Shown here: positions 28,300 through 38,807 of the stretch, piece by piece
Layout of the letters: each line of letters starts with the position of its first letter
Position numbering within the stretch: position 1 is the stretch's first letter
Origin: Chlorokybus atmophyticus
Lineage: Eukaryota > Plantae > Mesostigma and Chlorokybus algae
Assembly (NCBI GenBank): GCA_009103225.1
Contig: RHPI01002910.1
Span: forward strand, 124,001 to 188,000
Length of the DNA: 64,000 nucleotides
Direction: 5' to 3'
Made by a program: the position numbers and the translations under genes
Notes under the pieces: model-generated
What the model saw: only the letters and a program-made list of their open reading frames with translations
Databases searched by the model: none
What the model was told of the DNA's origin: nothing

Positions 28300-30300
28300 T
28301 ATTTGCTTATCGTGTGCTTGTGCATTTGCACATCTTGCCCTCTTGAGCTTGAGCTTGCTGTTAAGCAGCTCTTATGCAAGTTTTGTAAATGGCATAAGAG
28401 CTGTTTAGATACTACATGAAATATTCTATGCACAATTTGCATGCAACTCCAGAAGGTTGCTTTGACAAGATGGAACTTACGTCTACCATGGTCATGACAT
28501 ACATGAAATAAAAACCGTCCGTCAGTGCAATGTAATGTACAATATATGTATATGCAATTGGCAAACAATGCATGTTAAGTTTATGTGTCAGCAAGACAAA
28601 ATACAAGATTTGTTATCTCATTGCATGTACGATGCATCATATTCTGCACTTAACATTCATTTGCATCAAACTTGTGCTACCAAGTTATCTGTTGGGTGTA
28701 AACGATGTTTATAACAATATCGTGATCCACACATATGTTTCGATACCATAATGTTAATGATATATGTGATATCATGGTAAGTGTGTTTATAAAGTGCTAA
28801 CATTTGCAATGTTCATGTAGCGAATTGAGATATGTTATTGTTGGCTCAGGCATATCATATTGTGCATGCATATGGTAGTGTGCACCAAGTAATGTATGAT
28901 TATATACTTATGACAGATGCATGTATATGCATCTGTTATATGCATATATAACATGCACATGTCGTTATACCCTATTTATATAAACGTGATAGCATTATAA
29001 CTGACTTCATGGATGGAAGCTTTTAAGGGTGCACAACAGCAAAACCGTTACCTTATTACTTTTCATGCGTCATGGCACGATCATTCTGCATACCCTACCT
29101 GCTACATGATTGGATGATAATTAGATGTTGCGCTACAATTCTTTCTTTAAATGTTAACTTCTTTGCATGAAACCTTCATTGCGCGCATAATGTTTTATGT
29201 TAAAAAGGCATCATTGAAAGGTAACATGTCCGTTTTGCATGCAACTACAATCCAACCTCAGTAAATACATATTTAATAAGGGCATGCCAGCAATTGGCAT
29301 AAATTTTGCCGTCGTAACGCTTTTTGGTAATGTTTATGATGAGGTCATCATTAAGATGTTTAGGTATACATTGCCATAGTCTACACAGATACGACCATTG
29401 AAAGCATACTTGCACAATCTCGCAGCTATACATATTGCATACTGCATAATACGCGTATTGATCGTGAATAATATTAAATAAATGTAGCTTAACACCTCTG
29501 CGATGTCATGTGCATACCGTGTAACACATGAAGATTGAGCTGGCAAATAATGGAGAAATACCTTTCCCTGCAGCATGCAATTACTACAGGCAGTTTTCAG
29601 TGAGGAAATAAGGGGAAAGATGCGGGGCCGCCAAATAAGTATGGTGATGGTATAATTAGAAATTGATACTATATGTACATGCATATCGGTATCTAACTTT
29701 TCACCCGAGCCGTTTTTCAAGCCTAAGCTATCACGTTTGCCCATCATCTAGAACCTTATATATTCCAAAATTAGCTTTCGATTTTTATGTAGATATTTGT
29801 ATTAATTGTGAATAGTATTCAATACCGTATACGCATTGTGCAAATTGAGTTGAAATAACTTCTATGAGGTTAAAGTTATTAAAACTTAAGTAAATCAGTG
29901 TCGAGTTGCTAATTAAATGCATAATAATTTTTGCAGACTATGCGGTCATATAAGTGCATACGTTATGCACTTGAAAAGTGTGCATGATACATGCACCAAA
30001 ACAAGTTGCACATAAACATTTTTGTTAAGTGGTACCGATGATGCATATACAGTTATCATTTTTACTCTACTCGGCCCATAAAGATTCAGCCTTCAAATAT
30101 AAATCCCTCATAGACATCCGTCATCCCTCATAGACATAACCACTTAAGAAATTGGTGGTTCACCTCGCAAATATTGATAGAGACTATCACTTATTGATTG
30201 AGGCTATCACTCATACTCACATGACATGTATGATTAGAATCTTCATTGAGTCTAATGTATACGGTATATAATATACCATATAATAGTCGACGATTTATCA
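28300..30300. other. AT-rich island 2 with short hairpins and broken ORF-like pieces
   Basis: Sample line 29821-29880 is 18/60 G+C. Inverted repeats at 28366-28403 (12 bp) and 28910-28953 (overlapping stems). Direct repeat ATCCCTCATAGACAT occurs twice near 30103-30137. Confidence 0.7.
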
Positions 30301-30818
30301 CACGGTATGCCCTTGCATCCAGGCTTAATTTGGGTCCTACCATCTGATGATGTTCATTGTGTACCTGTCAGACTCACACATGTGTGTGGTTAGGGTTCAT
30401 AGCTCAGGTACGTCACGAGGCCACACACGCATGCACGAGACCCGCAGCTCAGCAAGCGAGAGAGCTGCTCTGCGCCTCCTCGCGTGCACCGGGGACCGGT
30501 CGCCTCTCACCTTCCATTGCCCTCGCGTACACGTCATACGCATGCGCGCGCACGTGACACCTCTCGGCAGAGGCGCGCACCGCAGCTGGTACGACAATGC
30601 CACTCCTGGTTCGTACATGTACCGCATAACTATCCTAGTCTCTCATGACGGCGCGCAATGCTCGCCTTGTGATCATCATTGCTATGTACGGGCTGGAAGC
30701 TGGCCGGTCCATTGCTGCTCCCCGCAATCACATGTGACAATGAACCCGTCATGCAGTGCAAAGCCACACAACAAGAGCAAGAACCAGCCTGTAAAGTGCC
30801 GCCTGCTGCATGCATGCG

Positions 30819-30861
30819 TTCCAGTAAAGCGTGCGTGCCTGGCACGCACGCTGTACTGGAA
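30819..30861. repeat. 21-bp-arm inverted repeat with 1 mismatch
   Basis: TTCCAGTA-A-AGCGTGCGTGCC-T-GGCACGCACGCT-G-TACTGGAA. Confidence 0.85.
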
Positions 30862-31642
30862 ATTCAGTGTCCTCAAAGGGCTCTGAAGGTGCCTGTATCA
30901 GTTGTAAGGGTACTATGGGGGCCATGCATGTCGCATGAGAGCTGTGGCGGCGATCCACCACCGGTTCTACCTTAAAGTTACCGGTAGGCCTGATGGCTAT
31001 GTTACCAGAGCCATGCATGACGGTTTTGTCGGCTAGTCCCCACAAACCCGGAGCTATTATCGACACACCACAGAGCAAGTCATGTTATTTTATGACTTTC
31101 CCCTATTACAGCCTATGATTGTGAGGCATCTTTCTTGGCGCATTCTTCCTACCTATGCAGTCACGTGGGGTGAGGTAGCCAAGGCGTGCGTGTCGGTCAC
31201 GTCATCTCAAGACACGCCAAGGAGCAGTGTTGGTGTTAGAGGCTTTGTGTGATACCAAGCAAAGTCTCAAAGGTGCCAAGTTAGAGGGGCCGCTGGTGCT
31301 AGTACTACTACGTGTCCTAGTTTTAATGCACTGTACTATGCGTAGCCGTCCGGCCCCTTGCGAGGTAGATAGAGAAGCCCACAAACCTTTCTTCTGAGAT
31401 GCATACGTGCACTGCTGCTACACTGTGTGGGCCTACCTGCCTTTTGCCTTGGCATCTCTCTCAGCATGCAGCAGGGGCCGCCAGAGGACGAGCAGGAGGA
31501 GGAGGAGGAGTAGGGCTAAGTGTCAGTCTACGTGTGCATAGGGATACACATCGTATGTGTGTGAGAGGGTACACTGAAAGAAAGACACAGGCACACAGAC
31601 ACAGACACAGAGCGAAGGAGACAGGAGGAGAGAGTGGCATAG

Positions 31643-33634
31643 ATGTGGAGGCGTAGTGGTGATATGGAGCGGAAGGGCGAGCTTCGAATGGACAGTGCGG
31701 CGGCAGCGGTGGTGGATGATGAAGAGGCCATGATGCTGAGCCTGCCTGGCTCTACGAGCGCCCTCCGCCACCGCCACATGCACAACAACAACCGACGCAG
31801 CCCCGCCGCTGCTGCTGCCTGCGACACCCCTGCTGCGCCTTACATCAATTGGGAGAGCATACAGGTGCATGGGGATGCATTGTGCTTTCTTAAGTTGTGA
31901 CACACAACAACGCATACACAGGCCAGCTGATCTGCAAACAGCTTAACCAATGTATCTCTGCTCGTGCAGTATTTGCCTAGGAGTCACCACCACAATCAGG
32001 GCGCAGAAGCTGATGCACTGTCTGAAGCATCGGAATTCCCTGCAGCTGCATCGCACTCGAGATTTCGTCCAGTTTCTCCTCCTAAACGACAAGGTACCAG
32101 GCATGCATGCCAACAGTTACACACGTGCACACCCTTGCGAGCGTACACACCCGCATGCTGGTGCGCACGTACCCTCCCATGCATACAAGGACACGTGCAG
32201 GCACGCACATACACTCACGCTCGATCGAGTGCACTCCTCGTTGATGCATGCACACATGTGTGCACGCCCTTGCGCGTACACACACGCACATGCATGCGCC
32301 CAAGCAAACACACAAGGCCAACCTGTGTCTGTACTGTAGCACTCAGGGAGCACAACGCCACTGTGGCAGACAGCTGGCGCCCCGCGCACGGACACAACAA
32401 GCTATGCATTACGATCCCAACAAGTCCCGTTCGAACGCCGCCCCACACTCCAACAACAACTCCACCACCCACAACGACCATCACAACCGTCAGCCCACGC
32501 ACGCCGGCACCCAAAAGACGCGGCGCGAGCATACGTGTCACAACTCCCAGCGCTGTCGCTGATAGGGTGAGGATGCATATGTGGGGTGTGTGGGTGAGTT
32601 AGTCGAAAAGGTACTCATGAGTCTTTTTGTTGCAGAAGCGAAGGAGTCACATGAATGATCGGTTTGACTGCTTGCGAGTGCTCGTGCAAGGCGATACGGT
32701 AAGACTCACGCAATGTTGGTTTGCCAACAGTATGTCTATGCCATCTATCATGCAATGTTGCTCAACTACACTCACTGTAAACAGGTCTCATCCTCCTCTC
32801 TTTCAAAGGCAGACGTGCTCGACGCGGCGATTAAACACGTGAAGCAGCTGCAAGCCCTGTGCGAGGTGAGTGTGGCAAAGATAGTGTTGACAATCACACA
32901 TGCCAACATACAACTTGACATATGTTGGGTGGTCACAGAGAAGGGATGCCCTTGAAAGTGGTGACGACAGCAAGGACGTCGCCGACCTAAGCGGCGTGTC
33001 CGTGCACACGCGTGACGGTATGGACGGCGCTGTCACGGTCATGGCCGAGCTGCGCTGCCCTAACCGATGCGCGCTGCTGCCGGAGATACTCCACCGATGC
33101 GACCAGCTCTCCCTGCAGGTGCACTAGGATACAAGTACACAACTCATTCGCATGCACGCGCACACAGTCACACACAAGTAGATAGACACACACGCACAAG
33201 TGCGCTTGTGCGCTCCGCGTGTGGCACACTCACACGCGCGCATGCTCTGATCTGTTGAGCTCCACAACAACTGTTCAGCTGAGACACACAGTCACACACC
33301 ACAACCCCAACCCAAGCACATGTTCCTTCACTCATCCCCACCAACACCCACCCCACCCCACCCCAACCCACAGGTCCTTCACGGCACGGCGTGGGTGGAC
33401 GGCCCCACTCTCCACGCCCGCCTGCGCATGAAGTGCGGGTCGAGTCGCCGCGTGTCCGCGGGGCAGGTGCGTCGCGTGTTGCTGGCGGCCATCCACAGCG
33501 TCGACGACCACAACGACCACAACGTCGATGCGGATGATGGAGACAGCAGCAAGCAGAGCGCCGTGTCGGTGCTGAGCGCGTGCGCGACGTCGCTGAGACA
33601 TGCCAAACTGTCGGCCTCGCCTCCTTGCGCGTGA
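31643..33634 (+). CDS. bHLH transcription factor with C-terminal ACT-like domain
   Basis: Spliced bHLH AVADR|KRRSHMNDRFDCLRVLVQGDT|VSSSSLSKADVLDAAIKHVKQLQ, followed by ACT-like AELRCPNRCALLPEILHRCDQLSLQ|VLHGT...LHARL. Stop TGA at 33632-33634. Confidence 0.82.
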
Positions 33635-34262
33635 CTGGGCTTCACCCTCTCACTGCACTAAACTGTTAGTCATCTAGATATATACAATTGCACACTGTCC
33701 GGCAGCACGCGCTGTCATCACGACACGACACCCACACCGCACCATCACTCGTACTGCACATTAATTAGTGAGCCTGTGTATAAGTATCACTGCGTACAAG
33801 TGTACTACTCGCTCATGGGGCGATGGGGGTACACCATGCTAGGTGTTTGGCCCAAACTGAAGTATCATAGTATCAGGCAAGGTATGCGAGGTGTTGGCTG
33901 TAACCAAAAATTACAGTGTACAGAATATGCATGTGATATATGCAACATGCACGTCACATGCATAGACACTTAACCACACTCACCTCTATCACGACCGTGT
34001 GTACCTAAGTTAGCCCACATGTGTAAGCGCAACAATACTATTGAAACCTTGACATCCTTTGCGAATACATGTTGCAAGCATTGCCCTCCTGCTTCCTTAT
34101 GGTTTCGGTGCACACAAGCTCTCATGTTTGTCTACATGCAACCGAACTACAACATGGCAAGTATTTCTAAACACTCATGCCTAACACTGGAGAAGTACAA
34201 AGAATTCGTACCTTCAGCAATTTCAGCAAACTTCTGGAAACCAATTGCTTCTAACTACTAAG

Positions 34263-35757
34263 CTACTGCGTGCGGTCCCTCGACATATCAACAGTTGACG
34301 GGACATTTATTGCAACCTCATCCACGCGAGTTGCGCCACCAACATCACCCGCATCCTCCGACAATATGTCGGGGTAGTCCGTTCCCGTGCCACATGTGCC
34401 GGGTCTCTCCCCTAGGCATCTTCCCGGTTTGAGGCACGGTAGCATCGAGTACACGTTGAGCTTCATCCTCATGCGGAAGCGGGCAAACTGCTCCGCGTGG
34501 TCCCGCGTGCCCGCGGCGATCACATACGAGGCGACGTGTGTCTTGGGTAGAGCGGGGTTGAGGTCCTTCTCGCCCATGAGGTGGTTCGCCGTGTTGAGGT
34601 ACAACACCGGTCGCATGGTGAGGGTGCTAGGAGAAGGGAGCCACTTGTCCCACACGTCGTGAGTGAGGTCCACCTTGTAGTGGTACACCAACGAGAACCA
34701 CCACAGGCAGTCCCCTTTGGCTCCTTGGGAAAACGTCTGCGCAGCGCCGACAACACATTTGTGAAAAAAACTGCATGCACACACGCTCACAACAAAAACA
34801 CACACACCTGCCCATGCACACACAAGACACTTGCCACACAATTGCAGAAGTCTGCGCAATGACAGAAACGCAGGCATACTCTGAGATACACACGTACGCA
34901 TAACGCTGAACAAAACACATGCGTGTTTGCCCATGTGTAAGCATATGCCCACGCACACGCGTCCAACACGCAAACACACACACTCCTGACCCTCCTTGCA
35001 CACAAAGCCTCTTGTCCCAGTCAGCACACCTGTTTGCCGCAATGGTCATTCGTGCGTATGCTCTTCCACCCGACCTCGCCCTCCGCGGCATGGAGGTTGA
35101 CTCCCCTGATGGTGAGGTAGTTGAGGTCTGCGGTGCGACCCCACACGTATCGGTTGAACGTGCGGTACCAGAACGTGGCAAAGTGGTTGTGGCGGTTCGG
35201 ATTGGTGCGCTGGAAGTTGCCCTCGCCCTGGACAACAAACAAACACAACTAAGCAGGGATGTGGCTTGAACAACAACCATGTCAATACTACTCAACATAC
35301 AGTATACTCATGTTGTAGTAACAACAACTACTGGTCAGTTTTACTTTTTGTTTTCAAGTACACTCATGTTACTGCACTACACAAAATGCGTAGTGAGTAA
35401 CATCAGCTTACGGCAACACCCTTGTAACTGCATTGCTTCCACAGCTTGCTATACACATAGCAGTACTTTGACTTGAAATGCGTTACATACATGTAATCAA
35501 CTGCAACCACACAATCAACAGCGCCAACGCGTAGCTTCTCACACCCAGCTTGACACAGCTGTCGGTCTCACCTCAAACACAATGACCATCTTGCACATCG
35601 TTTCCCCCTGGGCGTCCGGGTCCTCCTCGAAGGACGCGAACACCCTCGCGAGCGCGTAGCCGCACTTGATGTCGATGGAGCACTGGACGAACACGGGCGC
35701 GAAACGACGGAGCCATACGACCTCGGCGTCGGTGAAGCGCGGGGAGGGCGGGGCCAT
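34263..35757 (-). CDS. hypothetical protein, 3 exons, no recognised family
   Basis: GC-rich codon-biased exons: MAPPSPRFTDAEVVWLRRFAPVFVQ...IVFE | GEGNFQRTNPNRHNHFATFWYRTFNRYVWGRTADLNY...CGKQ | TFSQGAKGDCLWWFSLVYHYKVD...RPVLYLNTANHLMGEKD...SRDRTQ*. Joined by GT-AG introns. Confidence 0.7.
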
Positions 35758-36710
35758 ACAACCCTGGAGGTGCGGGACTCAATACTCTGTGTGTGTGCGC
35801 ATGTGCGTACGCGTTCTTGTTTGTGCGTCAGGTATGTGCATGTGGTTGGTTGGGTGCATGCGTATGTTCTCAATCGCCAATGAAGAACTCTACAACATGC
35901 TTGGATTGCACAACCCATGCGGTGCATAGTGTATATCTGCATGTTGAAAACCTCGCACTCAACTTGACAGCAATACATACCACACATGCATAGCCGCAAC
36001 AACCACTATCGAACTCTGCACTGTCTGGTGCTGTGCACTCTTTGAGAATGCACTGCTATGCTGCCTGAACCCATCAGCATCACCATACATCCACGCACGC
36101 AAAGTGAGTCAACGGGCGAAACATGCGAGGGGCGGACAACGTGGCAAAATGCGACTAGTACTACTTTATGTTTATGTCTTATTCAGTTTATTTCCTAATC
36201 AGTTCAACGTTGCCTCTGGAATGCGGACAGCGTGTGTCACAATTTGCGGTAGGGCCAACGCAACCAACTTACACCTTGTTCACGCAATACGAGCAGCAAC
36301 TGACATGCGTCACAAGCAGCATGCGGGGACAGATCAAGTATTACCCAGAGCTCACCTGCGAAGGAAGTGGTTGATACCGCAGCTCCCCGGCGCTCGCCAG
36401 CTCTTCTCCCCACCACCGCTCGCAGGCTACATCATTCCCCCTGCCTCGCAACACAGTCGGTCGCACAGAGGCCGCTCGAGACACACTGCCTTTCAGCGGA
36501 ATATAGCAATAGAGCTACGCCAGCTGGCAGCTGGCTTATAGCGGATGCTCTTGGCCTTCCGCCCTCTGTTTCAGCCACCAGCTCCTTCTCAGCAGCAAAC
36601 CATCAACTCTCTCGCTGCATCCTCAGCCCTTCTGCCGCTCCAACCCAGGTTTCAAGGCTGACTGTACTGCTAGCCCTAGGCCTTGCAGTCCTTCTCCTCC
36701 CGCTCCTGCC

Positions 36711-36730
36711 CCTCCTCCTCCTCCTCCTCT

Positions 36731-36761
<31 letters not shown>

Positions 36762-37005
36762 CCTGCTGCGCCCCTTGCCCGATCTCGCAAGGAATTTATC
36801 AACTACTTGGTAACACTGGGTCACGGTGGATACAGGGACCCTGAACTACATGAATCCCTTGCTGGTCAACTCCTCTCTGTTTTCATTCGCGGCCAGCGAG
36901 TGAAACAAGGGAGCTCGGTTAGCAGTGGTGCTGAATCCCTGCTAAGCTTAATGTGCTGGCCTGGCTATATCTGCACTCGGGCGGGCGGGCGGGCGGGCGG
37001 GCGGG
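36711..37005. repeat. microsatellites (CCT)n, (GCC)n and (GGGC)n in the leader region upstream of the ABC ATPase
   Basis: (CCT)n about 36711-36728, (CCG)n about 36735-36759, (CGGG)n about 36978-37005. Confidence 0.85.
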
Positions 37006-37394
37006 TGAAGGCGGCGCTGGGGTTGAGGTGGGTCAAGGGATGTGCTGCAATCTTCCAATCCTCATGCCATGCGTCACTGCCGTCGTCATGTGCATGGGGG
37101 TCAATTGCGTGAGCGTGTACGCATGCTCCCGACCGCTTGGGGTTCTTTTTGTTGGTGCTTCAATTGTGTATGGAGCTTGCATAGATGTACTGTGGAGAAG
37201 AGGCCGTTGGCTGCAAATCACATCCGGTTGCGGCAACCGCTCAGTGCTAAGTCAGGGTTTCGTGAGGCGTTGGCTCATGAACAATCAATGCAACATGCAG
37301 CTTGCCGTCCCAATGTCTTGCCGCTGATAGTGACCTGTGATCTCCAGTTGGTGTGGATGCACTTTTGTTCGAGTTGCTGCGTGCATGGCAAGCT

Positions 37395-38789
37395 ATGACG
37401 CTTGTGCTCAGTGGCCTTTGCAAAAGCGTGCCGCTGTCCACCAGCACTAAGAGCAGCCAAACCAACCTCCAGCAAGTGCACAGCGACTGGGAGGTAAGCC
37501 GCCGCCGGGATTGCATAACAGATTGCAGTGCAGTTTGATACATTACTTATTACTGTTTTTGCTACATGCGCCAGCTTTTTGCCATCACTCTTTTGAGCTA
37601 AGGCTCTTGCGTACGGGGACAATGCTCATCCGATCTTTCTTGTCACATCTGCAGCATGTCTTCACTCATCAGTCATACATATAGACATAGAGCGCAATGA
37701 GCATGCCATTGTAGCCTAAGTAATGAGGGTGTGGTGCATGCCAGTATCCAGCTTTGTCTTGCTCTGAGCCTAGGCTGTTAAGTTTGGTTGCAATGGAGCT
37801 TCTTGTAATGGCTTCAAGGCTGCAGCACTGTTTGCAGTCAGGCTAAACTTCTGCATCAACATACTTCGCTTTTAGGACTCGGAGCATCCTGGGCAGCGGA
37901 GCATTTTCAAGGCCCTTGACCTGACTGTCGCCTCGGGCGCCCGCTGCGTGGTGACGGGGCCGTCCGGCTGCGGGAAGAGCACCCTGCTGCGCGCCATCGC
38001 CCTGCTCGACCCTCTCGACGGCGGACAACTGAGCCTGAACAACTTGACTGTTGAAGAATTGGGCGTGTGCGAGTGGCGCAAACAGGTGTGTGTTACTGTA
38101 TCTCTTTCAAAGCAGTGAAACAGTGTAACGTATTTATGCATTGTTACACTGTTGCATGTAACATTGTAAACAATGAGACAGTGGTTATACTATTATGGAA
38201 CCATGTAATATGTTCCAACACTGTACATAAGAATGTTTTGCTTGGGCATACACGACTGATGATTTGATCTTTGGTGTTTTGGGTTTCCAGGTTGCATACG
38301 TGCCGCAGCGTGCACCGATCAGTCCCGGCGGGTCCAAATCGCCCGCAGAGCTTGCGTTGGTTGTTGAAGGGTTGCAGATCAACAAGCGTGACGGCCGCCT
38401 TTCGGTACATGCTGTTGCATGTAACTATGTCCTGCTTGTAGCTATGTCACTAGGCTTACGGTCCTCTTCTCTCAATGCAGCCGCAGGCCGGTTTGTTGTT
38501 GGCCGCCCAGCGCGTCGCGTCTGCGTGGGGCATCGACGAGGACACGTTCGCTCGTCCGTGGGACCAGTTGAGCGGCGGCGAGTCTCAGCGTTGCGCCCTC
38601 GCGGTCGCGGTTGCCACCCGTCCGGCGGTGCTGCTGCTGGACGAGCCCACGTCCGCCCTGGACGAAACCACCTGCCTGGCCGTCGAACACACGATCGTCT
38701 CGTCGGGATTCACCGTCGTGTGGGTCACCCACAGCCACGCACAGGCCCAACGCGTGGCCACGCAATACCTGGAACTCCCTCAGAAGTAG
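37395..38789 (+). CDS. bacterial-type stand-alone ABC ATPase (STAR1 / FetA-YbbL-like), 243 aa
   Basis: Exons 37395-37493, 37876-38085, 38291-38404 and 38481-38789, all phase 0. Walker A GPSGCGKS, Q-loop VAYVPQ, signature LSGGESQR, Walker B LLLDEPTSALD, H-loop WVTH; stop TAG. Confidence 0.92.
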
Positions 38790-38807
38790 AGTATTGTCCT
38801 CTCAGTC

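Noticed and set aside
30175-30189. TGATAG-AGA-CTATCA resembling a tet operator
   Set aside because: Only a 6-bp palindrome with different arrangement and spacing from tetO; expected by chance in AT-rich DNA.
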